Part shown: one piece after another, positions 1 to 11,953 of the stretch
Layout: each line of letters begins with the position of its first letter
Position numbering within the stretch: position 1 is the first letter of the stretch
Position numbers and translations under genes: made by a program
NCBI GenBank assembly: GCA_032718475.1
Contig: JAUCBJ010006967.1
Coordinates: forward strand, 1-64,000
From: Nemertoderma westbladi
Taxonomy: Eukaryota; Animalia; Xenacoelomorpha
Direction of reading: 5' to 3'
Length of the DNA: 64,000 nt
The notes under the pieces: generated by a model
Database searches by the model: none
The model's input: only the letters and a program-made list of their open reading frames with translations
What the model was told of the DNA's origin: nothing

Positions 1-463
1 CATTCTAACTCTCTCACACTCGGACCTCCTCGTCCCTCACTCAGCCTCTTATTCTCCCCCCCCCCCACACTAGAATTGCGTCCGCACTCTCTCCGCACTC
101 CGCACTATTATTCCGTTCCTCAACCTCACTTCGACTGTCTCTTCCCTTCTGACGAATCTCCCCCCCCCCCTCTCGTGCCGTCGCACTCAAGAAGTGTGAA
201 ATTGTCTGGTGTCTCGTCCATAGTGCCATAGTCAGTTATCCCCCAGTCCCAGTAGCTAATTGAGAAAGGTTGTATGACTATAGTACTTACTCCGAACGTA
301 GTATATTTCTAGATTACTAATTACTACGTACGTACATACAAATTGCACTTATATGATTATTTTGCATTAATTGAATTTGTACTTAATAGTTCGTACATCC
401 CACGCGGCGCCTACCAGGCGTACCACGTCCAAGTCCCAGTCTCTCTCCCTCGACTCTGGGAAC

Positions 464-3013
464 CTATCTGTTCCTCCGGGGGTAGTTCCCCCTGGCGTCC
501 TCTTCCCTGGGTCGTTTCTTGGTTATCACCGTTCCTCTGGCATCATCCGCTTTCTGCTTTCGGACCTTCGCCGCCACTTCCTTGCTGATCCCGGTCGTTG
601 GCTCCTTGGGCGCTGGTGTTATTAGTGCCCGATATCGCTTCGCCGGTGGCCCCTCAGAATGGCCCGGTTGTCTCCCTCTAGTGGCGTCCCATAGGATCAT
701 TTTCATTGCCTTTGGTACGTGCTCCGCCAAGAAATCCCTAAACTCCCTTCGGTTCTCTGGCGTCCACCTGTCCAGATACCTTTGCGTGTTCATCACTCCA
801 GCGTACGACGCCGCCGTTGCTACCTCTTGGTAGGTAAACGGTAGCCTCCGCTTTATGATTTCCATGTGAGTCTCCTGATTGATAAGGAAGAAACCCCACT
901 TGAACTCCTGGGCCTTCATGCGCTGGCGCGTCATGGCCCCGACGTCGGCCCACTCCTCGAATCTCGTGAACTTCTCCTCGTCGTTCATCCAGTCGCACTC
1001 GCGTCCGTAGTGTCCCCGAAAGTGGCACTTTGGACATCGGTTATGCAACCGTGGACACGCCCCCATCCTGTGGCTTGGTTCTCTGCAGTAGAGACAAAAG
1101 GTTCCCTGTTGGAACCGGTATAGGCAGCTGCTTTCCCGATGGGTCTGTCTCCCACAGTAATCGCAGCCGAGTACCAATGTCTCCCGTCCCACCTCGTCTT
1201 TCGTCCCAAGCGATCTCCGCGGTCTGTGGAGTCGCTGGTAGGCGAACTTCTCTACGTTGGTCTCCCTGTCTACGTCGATCTCTCCGCCCCTCTCGGGCAT
1301 CGTCTCCCCGAATACTATCCGTGGTGCCGTCCCCGGTTGCTCGCCCAACCTGATGGTGCTCCCCGCGAAATCCATCGCCGGCTCCTCGTGCACCCAGGTC
1401 CGCTTGCCGGATCTGTTCCAGAAGGCCCTCGCCCCACTGGCCGTCACCACCCTTCCGCCAACCCAGTCCGTGTCCGAGTGGCCTATCCTCTCGATGGGCG
1501 GCATCTCTCCGAACTCGTCGTCGTCGTCCTCCTCTTCCGGTAGTGTCTCCAATCCCGGTATCCCGATGGATCCACTATGTCCCTTCCCGCCTTGGCTCTC
1601 GCCCGTAGCTCTCCATCCCTCTAGCTCCCTTAACTTCCTTGGCGGTTGGTCGCCCTCGGCGCCCGCTGGTATGGGCATCGTTTGCAACCCCGACGTCGAC
1701 TGTTTCGGCGATCCCACCGTCCATCCCAATTCTCGCCCTAGAGACTCCCCCGAACTCCCTGACGAAGTCCAATGAAGTTCGTCTAGGCCCGCCTGTTCCT
1801 CGAAGCCGTAACTCTGTGTCCTGGCCTCCTCTTCCCTCTCCTCTGCTTCTATCCTCTCCCGTCTAGCGACTTCTTCCAGTCGCTTTGCTTCTCGTCTATC
1901 CGTCTCTAGCTGCTCCCATCTCTGATACGGTGTATCTGTCTCCCCGTCTACCAGATGTCGGCTGTTGTAGTACACCGACTCGCCCTTCAGCCCCGGGTGG
2001 TCTACCAGACCGTCAAAGGCCACTTTAAAGGCTCTCCTGTAGCTTAGGGGTGATCCCGATAACAGAAATGCCCCTGGTTCCCTCTCGATAATCACGGTCA
2101 TGAATAAGTTAAGCAAACTTATCATCATCCAGTCCTCCTGCAGGATATATCGCTTCTGATATACCTTTATCGCTCCCCTGCGGAACTGATATACCTCCTG
2201 CTTTCCCGGTCTCGCTCCCCACTTTAGCGAGTTCGCTAGTTCTGCTCCGTATTCTTCCCTAAACTTCCCCCAGTCCATCGGTTTGTGGCATACGAGCCCC
2301 AATAATTGGCCCATCGCCACCGCCCCGCATTGGCCTGTGTTTTCGACTACCCCCAATCCATCCGGTGCCGTCATAGCCATAAAGACTTTCTGCATATCCA
2401 GGAGGTTGGTGGCGTCCGGACCGATGATCCTCTCCGCGTCCTCGCGAATCGCCGATCCCACTTTCGTCGTCGACTTCTCTCTTACTAAGACTTGTACCGC
2501 TTTCGGTAATCGGTCTAATTTCGGTCCGTCCTTCTTCCCATACGTCCCTAGGTCGAATAAGAAGATGTCCCCATTTGGCGCGGCCAAATGTAGGAGTATG
2601 GTCCTGGCCGACCCTGCCGTTCCTCGTCTCGAACCCGCCTCGTCTTCCACGGTTCCCTCGTCATCTAGGATCATATATCCTCCTCTGTTGACGGACTCTA
2701 TGAATCTCTTCCAGTCCTTCCTCGGTGATTCCCTCGGGTACTTCGGAATCCCGAACTTCGCCTCGTCCCCTTTTACCACGTAGTGGAAGTGTTGGAAGAT
2801 CGCGTTGTCCAGCGACGGGGTCCCGTAGGTCCCGACCAGCCGCTGTTCGTGCGCCTCCCGGAAGTGATCCTGCAGCGCTCGTGCCGCGTGACCCCTTTCC
2901 AACCTCTCGTAGTATCCTCTCGTCTTCTCTTCCGGATGCCTCTCGGTGAAATCCACCAGTATCTCCTTTCCTCCTGACTCCGCCTTTCTCTTTCTGATCA
3001 ACTTACTCGCCAT
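464..3013 (-). CDS. Extra ORF3 of the BEL element: DEDDy-type 3'-5' exonuclease-like domain, acidic linker, three CCHC zinc knuckles
   Basis: Uninterrupted 849-aa ORF. ExoI-like ILDDEG, then LLHLAA..IFLFDL, ExoII-like KVGSAIRED and ExoIII-like QKRYILQED. Knuckles CDYCGRQTHRESSC, CLYCREPSHRMGAC, CPKCHFRGHYGREC. Same strand and composition as pol. Confidence 0.75.
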   Translation of the reverse strand: MASKLIRKRKAESGGKEILVDFTERHPEEKTRGYYERLERGHAARALQDHFREAHEQRLVGTYGTPSLDNAIFQHFHYVVKGDEAKFGIPKYPRESPRKDWKRFIESVNRGGYMILDDEGTVEDEAGSRRGTAGSARTILLHLAAPNGDIFLFDLGTYGKKDGPKLDRLPKAVQVLVREKSTTKVGSAIREDAERIIGPDATNLLDMQKVFMAMTAPDGLGVVENTGQCGAVAMGQLLGLVCHKPMDWGKFREEYGAELANSLKWGARPGKQEVYQFRRGAIKVYQKRYILQEDWMMISLLNLFMTVIIEREPGAFLLSGSPLSYRRAFKVAFDGLVDHPGLKGESVYYNSRHLVDGETDTPYQRWEQLETDRREAKRLEEVARRERIEAEEREEEARTQSYGFEEQAGLDELHWTSSGSSGESLGRELGWTVGSPKQSTSGLQTMPIPAGAEGDQPPRKLRELEGWRATGESQGGKGHSGSIGIPGLETLPEEEDDDDEFGEMPPIERIGHSDTDWVGGRVVTASGARAFWNRSGKRTWVHEEPAMDFAGSTIRLGEQPGTAPRIVFGETMPERGGEIDVDRETNVEKFAYQRLHRPRRSLGTKDEVGRETLVLGCDYCGRQTHRESSCLYRFQQGTFCLYCREPSHRMGACPRLHNRCPKCHFRGHYGRECDWMNDEEKFTRFEEWADVGAMTRQRMKAQEFKWGFFLINQETHMEIIKRRLPFTYQEVATAASYAGVMNTQRYLDRWTPENRREFRDFLAEHVPKAMKMILWDATRGRQPGHSEGPPAKRYRALITPAPKEPTTGISKEVAAKVRKQKADDARGTVITKKRPREEDARGNYPRRNR

Positions 3014-3520
3014 TCCGAACGTTCACTCGCTCACCTGCAAGGTGGTGCCTTACCAAGGCGCAATACAGATGAGTGATGTATCTAGGATGTTCTGTACAGT
3101 TCGATAATGGCCTATTTCCTACTTAACTGCGCCTTTAACCTAAATTATTCTTAATTAATTTTGAAGCTAGTAAATGAGCGTAATTTACAATTTCTGTCCG
3201 TTACTTTTATTATGTTCTAGAATAACTTCCCTTTTTGTTGCCACTATTTTACAACTTTCAGCCCTATTCTATTTATTTATTTATTTACTTTGATTCTACT
3301 GTCCTACTACTTACTACTGCCTATGGATTATTCTATTCTCTAATCCACATTCTGGCCTACTCCGTGGGTCTATGCAGTACAGCAGTATGCGTCGTGTGGC
3401 CACACGATTTATCCAGCTGTACTCATATGCCCCCCTCTCGCTACTAACGCTACTTACTGCTAACTAATATCTATATCTTATATACCCTTCTGCCTCTTAC
3501 TCTCTCTCTCTCTAACTAAT

Positions 3521-4177
3521 GGTACTACGTACCCTCTAACTCTAACTCTGACTAACGGTACTACGTACCCTCTAACTCTAACTCCAACTAACGGTACTAC
3601 GTACCCTCTAACTCTAACTCTAACTAACGGTACTACGTACCCTCTAACTCTCTAACTAACTATCAGTACTACGTACCCTCTAACTCTAACTCAAACTAAC
3701 GGTACTACGTACCCTCTAACTCTCTAACTAACTATCGGTACTACGTACCCTCTAACTCTAACTCTAACTAACGGTACTACGTACCCTCTAACTCTCTAAC
3801 TAACTATCGGTACTACGTACCCTCTAACTCTTTAACTAACTATCGGTACTACGTACCCTCTAACTCTCTCTAACTAGCGGTACTACGTACCCTCTAACTC
3901 TCTGACTAACAATCGGTACTACGTACCCTCTAACTCTTTAACTAACTATCGGTACTACGTACCCTCTAACTCTTTCTAACTGGCGGTACTACGTACCCTC
4001 CTAACTAACTAACTAACTAGCGGTACTTACGTACCCTCTAACTAACTCTCTAACTGGCGGTACTACGTACCTCCTAACTAACTGACTAACTACGGTACTC
4101 ACGTACCCTCTAACTAACTCTCTAGCTGGCGGTACTACGTACCTCCTAACTAACTAACTAACTAGGTACTACGTACC
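3521..4177. repeat. About 19 copies of a ~36-bp unit with palindromic core GGTAC-TAC-GTACC and variable CTAA-rich spacers
   Basis: Cores counted at about 3521, 3557, 3593 ... 4165, between the pol end and ORF3. Confidence 0.95.
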
Positions 4178-4329
4178 TTCTTACTAACTCTCTGCCTACT
4201 AACTGCGTACCTACTATGTACTATTTTTTTTATTTTATTTTATTATTTTGTTTGTGGGAAGGGCGTCTCGCCCTCAATCCCACCCCCCTCAGTCCAAAAC
4301 TTGGACGACTAAACTTTTCTCTAACTCTG

Positions 4330-4953
4330 CTAAGGTGCCCCTTCTAATAGACAGCATTTACCTACAGCTCTCCTGTAGGTTTTTCTGTCCTTCGCACCTA
4401 TCTTTCCACCTATCCGCACTTCTACCGATCGGACTCTTCCGTCCTCGTCGGAGTAGGTGCCTACAACTCTCGCCAACCGCCATTGGTTGTTGATGATGGT
4501 ATCATCCGTAACGATTACGAGATCTCCCTCTCTTAACTCCCTGTTTGACTTCCTCCACTTGCTTCGTTTATGGAGTGTGGGTAGGTATTCCTCGACCCAC
4601 CTCCTCCAATACTCTGCGCTTATTGCTTTAGCGACTTTCCAACTTTGGCGGGAGTGTATGTCATCTGGGTCTACACCCCGCATATCGATGGTCGCTGGCC
4701 TTTCCATTAGGAAATGGCTAGGCGTTAGCACGTCTAGTGACTCAGGGTCATCATTCTCCGGATATAGCGGTCTGCTATTAATGATCCCCTCGCACTTCGC
4801 AAGTACTGTACGTAAGACGTCCTCGGTGACCATGTGGGTGTTCATTAGCTTCGTCATTAGACGCTTTGAACTGCCCACCAGTCTCTCGACGCATCCTAGT
4901 GTATGCGGTGCATACGGCGTCCTTCTCTCCCACTTTACTTGTCGTCGTCTCAT
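4330..4953 (-). CDS. BEL/Pao integrase C-terminal part (catalytic E region and C-terminal domain), frameshifted from the upstream pol
   Basis: PYAPHTLGCVERLV, INSRPL, LTPSHFL, YWRRWVEEYLPTL and GDLVIV..WRLARV motifs; frame change near 4960. Confidence 0.9.
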   Translation of the reverse strand: MRRRQVKWERRTPYAPHTLGCVERLVGSSKRLMTKLMNTHMVTEDVLRTVLAKCEGIINSRPLYPENDDPESLDVLTPSHFLMERPATIDMRGVDPDDIHSRQSWKVAKAISAEYWRRWVEEYLPTLHKRSKWRKSNRELREGDLVIVTDDTIINNQWRLARVVGTYSDEDGRVRSVEVRIGGKIGAKDRKTYRRAVGKCCLLEGAP

Positions 4954-7743
4954 GGCTGCCCTGACTTCTTCTCCTCCAAGATGTCCAAGGCCTCTGCCAT
5001 CTCACTCTCTGCGCCCACAAAGTTGGTGCCGTTGTCGCTGTATATCACTGCGATCGTCCCACCTTTGCGGTCCCTAAACCTTTCTAAGGCATTAATGAAC
5101 GCTGATGCGGTTGCATCTTGGGCGAGTTCTATCCCTACCGCCCGCGTATTGTTGCATACGAAGATAATGCCGTAGCGTTTCTCCGTGTGTCGCATCACTT
5201 TGATCTTTATCGGCCCGAACATGTCCACACCGCAATGCGTAAATGGCGGGTCGTGCTGTCTTACCCTACTCGCCGGTAGTGGCGCCATCTCCTGTACGGC
5301 TCGCTCCTTCTTCGCCCGTCGGCAGGTCTGGCACTGCCCCACTACCGCTTTAACCTTCTTTCTTAATTGTTTGACCCAATAGGTCCTCCTTATCTCTGCG
5401 AGGGTTCGGTTGGTGCCCCCATGCAATATCGATTTGTGGGAGTCCCATATAATCTGGTGGACTATTGGCGATCCTGTAGGAATGATGATGGGTTTCGGTG
5501 GTACGACTATGCTGTTGTTGTATCCCACCCTAGAATTCATTACTAGAATCCCGTCGTCATTGAGTTGTGGCGACAGCGTAATCAGCTCGCTGTCCCGTCG
5601 GAGGTGCTGTTGGTTACCGACGCGTTCCACCTCGTCGCCGTAGTTCTTCCGTTGTTCATAGCGGATCACTGCCTTGGCCGCTCCTTCCAGATCTATGGTT
5701 GTCCTGATCTTCTTGTCCTTGCCAACTCCCGCAAGGAATTTCCCGAAGGCTCTCCAGTACGCCACTAGTTTCTTGGTCTTATACCAACTAGAACTGTAGC
5801 TGAGGAGTTTATCCGTTGGGTTATCGCACAGTTCCCTTCCTGGTTGCACGTCCCTAATCTCCCTCACCATCTGGGAGTATATCTCTTCTCCCTCTGAATC
5901 TCCCTCTTCTCCTTCTGATACTACTTCCGAGCCCGGGTCCACCTTCCTCATCGGCGGCCAGGCCTCCCTATCGCTCAGAAATTGTGGCCCATGTTGCCAC
6001 AATACTTCCTTCTTCAGGAAAGTGTGGCGTTCCACGCCCCTCGACAGCAAGTCCGCTGGGTTCTCGTCTGTTGGGCAGTAGTGCCACCTTTCCAGTTCTG
6101 TGCTCGCCCTTATTTCGTCCACTCTATTCGCGACGAATATCGGGTATCTCGTCCTTTCGTTGTGTAGCCAACCAAGCACTACCATGGAGTCCGTCCAGTA
6201 GTGTGTCTCCACTATGTTGGGAATAGTATCCACTAGGTAGGCTGTGGCTCTTACTCCTAGTCTCGCAGCTGTCAATTCTAACTTGGGAACTGATGCTGAA
6301 TCTGGCGGCGTTGACTTTGCTTTGCTAAAGGCTAGCCTTGGCTTATGAGCCCCCTCTCGTTGTACTAAGTAGAGTGCCGCTCCGTACGCTTCCAACGACG
6401 CGTCGGAGAACATGTGTAGGTCCAGATTCGTCATGTTCCCATCCGGGAAATACACCCTTGGCATGTTGTATGTTCCCATCTTCTCCAAGTTTCCTGTCCA
6501 CTTGCTCCACTGTTTCTTGATTTCCTCTGGTACCTCTACGTCCCACTCATCTTTCAATTTGTATACTCTCTTGAGTATCTGTTTCCCCGTGACTAATAAT
6601 GGGGATGCTAGGCCTAGGGGATCGTATATCCTTGCTATATACGATACATAGCCCCTCTTCGTGTGGATGTCTGCGCCCTCCTGGCTCAGCTGATACTTCA
6701 GTTCGTCTGTCTCTCTATCCCACACGATTCCCAATGCCTTCTGCTGAGATTCCGTTCTCTTAATCGCCATGTCCTGCCCTTTGGCTGTTGTGGGATTATC
6801 CATGGTCGATTCTTGCCTCTTGTCCTCTATCGCCTTGATAAATTCTTCCGAGCTGGATTGGAATTTGGTCAGGTTAAAGCCGGATCCTTTCAGGATGTCG
6901 CGAACCTCGCGCCCTGTATCCAGTATCTCCTTAACCGTATTTCCAGACTCCATTCCGTCGTCTACGTAGAAGCCGCGTCGAATCATATCGACGGCCCTAC
7001 TGCTGTATATATCTTCCTTCCCCTTTACTGTGTCTCTCACTGCCATAGTCATCGTAAAAGAAGACGACTTGGCCCCCATGTTCTGTACTATCATCTTATA
7101 TGCTGGTATTATCGGCGGTTCTTCTTCGCCATTATACCATAAGAAGCGTTGACTGTCGCTATCTTCTTCCGTTACACGGACTTGGTTGAACATGCCTTCT
7201 ATGTCACATGTGAAGGCGTGTTTCCCATTCCTAAATCTAATTAACACCTCTATGCCCGAATTGTATATGTTTGGGCCTTCTAACAGGTAGTCGTTTAAGC
7301 ACTTTCCGTCGGTCTTTGCCGATGCGTCGACTACCATCCTTAGTTTACCTTTCTTTGGATCTAAAGCCACGTGCAGTGGCAGGTAATATGTTCTATCCGT
7401 GTTCGGTTCGTCGACCGGTAACTCCACGGCCCATCCTTTCTCGACGTACTTCTTAATTGTTCTGTGGATGTACTCATTCTTCTCGGGGCTCCGTTTTAGT
7501 ATTTGTTTCAGTTTGCGGAGTCTCGTGAGTACCATCCCCCTATTGGGGGATTGTAATTGCGGTATCTTCGGTAGTTTCCATACCATTCCTATAGTATACT
7601 GTCCCTCATCGCACGTCATTGATTCCTCCACGCTTTGTAGAGCCTGCTTGTCTTCTACTGAGGTCCCGACTCCGGTTTCTTTCAGTCCCTCGAAATCTTG
7701 TCTGAGCAGTCTTTTGAGCTGCTCCTCTGCTCCCTCGTCACTC
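4950..7743 (-). CDS. BEL/Pao Pol: reverse transcriptase, RNase H, integrase zinc finger and core
   Basis: YYLPLH, LRMVVDAS, LNDYLLEGPN, DIEGMFNQV, FYVDD, FSDAS, PKLELTAA, HGGTN...CQTC, SDNGTNF. Confidence 0.93.
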
Positions 7744-9209
7744 CCCTGTTGAAAATCCCTGTTACACATACTAAGTACTTGTAAAGTCTACTTGCTATCT
7801 TCTTAACAAGTACTTGCCAAGATATGTAAAGTATATCACTTAATAAGCCAAATCTTTCTATGAATGTAAAGTTTTAATTAGGCACTTGGTAATTTTAAAC
7901 AGTATGTCATGTAAATAGAAAGTAATTATAAATTTATCAATGCAAATTATAATATAAAACTCAAACGTGAGACTGACCAATCACTGCACTGTGCATGTGT
8001 GTGCATGTTCTGTGTAGATGGGAGGGGGGTGGGGGGGGGGGGGGGGGGTACCTTATCCAATCCCTACACCCTACAATCTACAGGCCTACACCTACAATAC
8101 CCTATACATTTAGAACAAGAAACAGCAGAGTATATATGAAAATATTTAATCCATAGTGATATGAGAGTATCCTTGATATATTTTGGTGATGACCCATATA
8201 TTCGTATTCGATTAGTTAGATTAATATAATTTATCTTATTTTCAGACAAAATAGAATATTCATATTGATAAATCTACGACAATGTATTAACTTTAAGACC
8301 TTGTAATAGGTCATTTGTCATTTTATATTTATTCAAAAATGTAAATAATACACAAAAGCAATTGAAGCATAAGAAAACTGCACAATTAAAAAATAATGTT
8401 TTGCGATTAAAAATATTTATCTTGCGATATTAATAGCTTGAACATTCCAACGCCCATATATCTGCTTTATCTCAACAAAATTTAATAGTATTTGGTATAA
8501 ACAAAACAACATTTTTCGGCTTTCTTTCTTCATTATTTTCTTTTCTTATTGCTTTCTAACATAGCAGCTTTGGTAATCAGAGGAATCACTCATTAAATCA
8601 CCAAAAAAGAACGCAAAACTGAATAATGTAATAGGAATGCTAAATATTAGTTTGTTTTGGTTCATATTCAATTTCGATCCATTAGGACGTTAAATTACCT
8701 AATGTCAATGTCCCAATTTGATATATTACTAACAACGTCAGCATTTTTTACCTATATTAAACAATATTTCATAGATGTTCAGAATCGCAGGAAAAAAGTA
8801 CCAATATGAACGTTTAATTTCTTTCGTGGATGTCATGTGCTACCTGGGATAGCTGCATTCAGACCTGACAACTGGCAGGCCCCACTGAAACTACTGAACT
8901 GTTGTATGTAATACAGTGGTGACATTGTTATGCCTATACTCAGGCAAGTACAAGCTCGCCCAACAACTAACAGTACTGCAGTAAGCCTATATCTGCATAT
9001 ATGCAATACTTTGCAGGGACATGGCAAGTACCTGCAAAATATAAGTGAGCAAAGTAACACTTGCAATATTTATTAAAACTAAAGAAATAACTTACATGCT
9101 CTATTAAGTTTACCAAATTTTTGTTACTAAACATATTTTGACAAGTGTAATAAACTGATAGCAAGGAACTTGCAAATCTTAGGAAATGTACTATGAATTT
9201 TCAACAGGG
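7744..9209. mobile_element. 1466-bp non-autonomous TIR DNA transposon (CACTA/EnSpm-like CCC...GGG ends, 2-bp TC TSD) inserted in the BEL polyprotein gene
   Basis: TIRs CCCTGTTGAAAAT (7744) and ATTTTCAACAGGG (ends 9209); TC on both flanks; AT-rich interior. Removing it restores the in-frame peptide GTMQEM-SDEGAEEQ. Confidence 0.88.
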
Positions 9210-11898
9210 TCATTTCCTGCATTGTTCCCGCGAACATGCATCCTGATGTCTCCGACATCCTAAATGGTATCTTGCTCTTGATTGGACCACTCAGCGTCCA
9301 CCCGAATGGTGTTAATATGGCCACCGGGTCACTCTGCTTGTCTTCGCCGAAGACCGTTTGCATTCTTTCGTGGGCCGTTGGGCAGTCCATACCTACTATG
9401 ATGGATACCTTCCTAACGTCCACGTCTGGGATTGAGAAGTCAATGTTGTCCAGGAATTTATACTGCTCGACCTCGATGTTGGTTGGCCGCCTGGCATTGA
9501 TATTAATTGACTCTATCACTTGAATGGGGTCGATGGTTGCCCCATAGTCGCATCCTGGTGCCACTGCTGCAATTGCGCACCGTCCTGTTCTCATCTCCAG
9601 GATCTCATCTTTGCTAGAGATGGTTGTTACCGCCATCCTGCTTGGCCTCGTTCTCAATCCTATCTCCTCGGCCACCCATTCCTCGACTAATGTGAAGGCA
9701 GCTCCACTATCAACCAGCATTAGTGTTGTTACTGATCGATTGCCTTCCCCGATCACTCGTACTGGTACTACTCCAAGTAGCACCGTTCCTCTCTTCTTCG
9801 CCCCTACTGTGCTCGTCGCCATCGTTTGGCCTCTCCTTTGACCAAATTTCATTGGCTTCTCCTTGCACTCCCTTGCTCTATGTCCACTCATTACACATCG
9901 CGAGCAGATTTTATTGCTGAACGCATAATCTATCTGATCTTGCCTAGGTAGCGCCTGCCAGTACCTGCAGTTCATAGTTTGATGAAGCGCATTTGCGTGT
10001 AGCTGACATTTGCTCTTTGGGTCGTAGCCCTCTTTATACAGTGCATTGCGTATCGCAGTTGCGTTCGTACCAAAGTCCCTACTATTCTTATTGTTTGGGT
10101 TTTGCCTATTGGACGTACTGGGGTTATGTTTATTCGTGTTATTATTGTTTCCCTGTCCGTTCCATGATGTTGTCTTATCCTCGGCTAGCTGTGGACTTGC
10201 AGTCCCCTGCGTCGCTGCATATGGCAATGATTGCCTGAGTCTCGGTAATGCGTTCGATGTGTTGTGCTCTGGTTTCGGTCTATGGTAGTCTGTCTTCGGT
10301 CCCTTTCCCAGGCTGTCTTCGCTATAGACTGGGTCAGTTATTAGTTCAGCCTCGTAGTTTAAGAAGTTTGACATTTCTTCTAAACCCGGTTCCGCACCCT
10401 TCTTATCTCGAGTGGAGAAGGCAATTTTCCTCCACTTGTTGCGCAGCCAGTTTGGTAGTGCCTGCGCTATCGTGGTGATGTTGTTGGACGCATTGAGCTC
10501 GTACGGCGCGTCTAGCGTCTTCAGCACGATTAGCGCCTTTTCGACTTTGTTAGCGAACGTCTTAATGCTAACGGGATTATCCTGTAGGCCACCCGATGTT
10601 ATGCCTCTCAGCGTCTGCCTGATGATCTTGGCCGGGTGCCCGTATTCCCTATCCAGTGCCCGCCATGCTGTCGTGAAGCCGCCCTCTATTCCTTGATATT
10701 GCCTCACGATGTCGTATGCTGGGCCTCCCGTGTACACTTGTAGATACTTTAGGCACTCCGCCTGCGTCAAGTTTTTTGTTAGTATTTCGTTACTATACAT
10801 GCGCCGAAACTGTAGATATTCTTCCGGCCTACTCCCATCGAATTTGAATGGTTCCACGGGTGGTAGCTCGATCCTCGTTTTCAACGCATCGATCAACGTG
10901 GCCATCCCCATCGCCTGCGCTTCCAATGGATTCGACGGGTGCTGTATAGTTTCTCCTGTCTGGTGCGGTTCGTCCGTCCTATTTCTTGACTTTCTCTGAC
11001 TTGGGTATGTCATCGGGGGTAGCGGCCCCCTCCATATTTCTGTGTCACACGACTTATTCTCATCCAAGGGTCTCGTTGTTCTTGCTCCTATCGGGGTATA
11101 TTGTTGATATTGTGATGGGGGAATGTCACCCTGTCCCCCCCCCCCCACCGGTATGTTTGGTACTGGGGTTGATGTTAATATGTTGGGGCCCATGCACCTA
11201 TCCGCAATAATTCCCCCCTCCCCTGGGTATATGTTATGTCCCTGCATGCTGTAGTCATACTGCTGTGCTGGTACCGGTATAGGCCTATCAGCTTCTGGCC
11301 TACCCGCCGGTATGTATTCCGCGACTTCCGGGTTTAATCCCGTTGTCCACGCTATCCTATCGCCTACATTGCCTCTCTCAGTATGGCCTACGGTATGTGC
11401 AGTAAGGCCTACAGTATGTCCTACAGTCTGCATGTGTTGTTCGGGATCGAAGTTTATTCTTCTCGAATAATCCTCCCCGCGGCTACCGTATTCTCGATCG
11501 GTAGGTATATTCCGTCGGAAAGTTTCTCTTCGACCCCCCTCTCTACTGTTCTCATCTTCGTACCGGTACATCGCGTACCCCTCTCTCGGCGCGTAGTGCG
11601 CCTCGCCGGGTCGCATCTCTCCGGGGCGACGGCAATCTCCCGGAGTCCGACCCCACTGACTCTCCGTTCTCATCTCGACTACCGACGGCTCGCTATCCGT
11701 CCTCGCTCTTCTATCGTTCGCGGCGATACTTCTACTACTGTCTTCCTTTCTTCTCCTATCAGTGGAATATTCCCGCTCGTGAGATCTCTCGTCGACCTCC
11801 CGGTTAAACCCCACTGTTCTTCTTCCTTCCTCTGATCGGGCTCGACGCTTCGTCCGCCCTCTCGCGACGTCAACCCGTCTCTCTCTGCTCGGTCGCAC
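9127..11898 (-). CDS. BEL/Pao Gag and aspartic protease (true coding part ends at about 9210, at the insertion)
   Basis: ELPPVEPFKFDG, LKYLQVYTGGPA, LDREYG, LPNWLRNKW, CQLH..H....C, CSRCVMSGHRAREC, LVDSGAAFT, IIVGMD, TPFGW. Confidence 0.9.
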   Translation of the reverse strand: MRPSRERRVDVARGRTKRRARSEEGRRTVGFNREVDERSHEREYSTDRRRKEDSSRSIAANDRRARTDSEPSVVEMRTESQWGRTPGDCRRPGEMRPGEAHYAPREGYAMYRYEDENSREGGRRETFRRNIPTDREYGSRGEDYSRRINFDPEQHMQTVGHTVGLTAHTVGHTERGNVGDRIAWTTGLNPEVAEYIPAGRPEADRPIPVPAQQYDYSMQGHNIYPGEGGIIADRCMGPNILTSTPVPNIPVGGGGQGDIPPSQYQQYTPIGARTTRPLDENKSCDTEIWRGPLPPMTYPSQRKSRNRTDEPHQTGETIQHPSNPLEAQAMGMATLIDALKTRIELPPVEPFKFDGSRPEEYLQFRRMYSNEILTKNLTQAECLKYLQVYTGGPAYDIVRQYQGIEGGFTTAWRALDREYGHPAKIIRQTLRGITSGGLQDNPVSIKTFANKVEKALIVLKTLDAPYELNASNNITTIAQALPNWLRNKWRKIAFSTRDKKGAEPGLEEMSNFLNYEAELITDPVYSEDSLGKGPKTDYHRPKPEHNTSNALPRLRQSLPYAATQGTASPQLAEDKTTSWNGQGNNNNTNKHNPSTSNRQNPNNKNSRDFGTNATAIRNALYKEGYDPKSKCQLHANALHQTMNCRYWQALPRQDQIDYAFSNKICSRCVMSGHRARECKEKPMKFGQRRGQTMATSTVGAKKRGTVLLGVVPVRVIGEGNRSVTTLMLVDSGAAFTLVEEWVAEEIGLRTRPSRMAVTTISSKDEILEMRTGRCAIAAVAPGCDYGATIDPIQVIESININARRPTNIEVEQYKFLDNIDFSIPDVDVRKVSIIVGMDCPTAHERMQTVFGEDKQSDPVAILTPFGWTLSGPIKSKIPFRMSETSGCMFAGTMQEMTLLKIHSTFPKICKFLAISLLHLSKYV

Positions 11899-11953
11899 GC
11901 CGCTGGGGATATCCGCAATCCCCCTATTACTTTCCGTCGCCGGTTGTTGCGGT

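Noticed and set aside
3521-4177. CRISPR-like appearance (palindromic repeat with variable spacers)
   Set aside because: The spacers are variants of one CTAA-rich sequence rather than unique sequences; the context is a eukaryotic retrotransposon and there are no cas genes.
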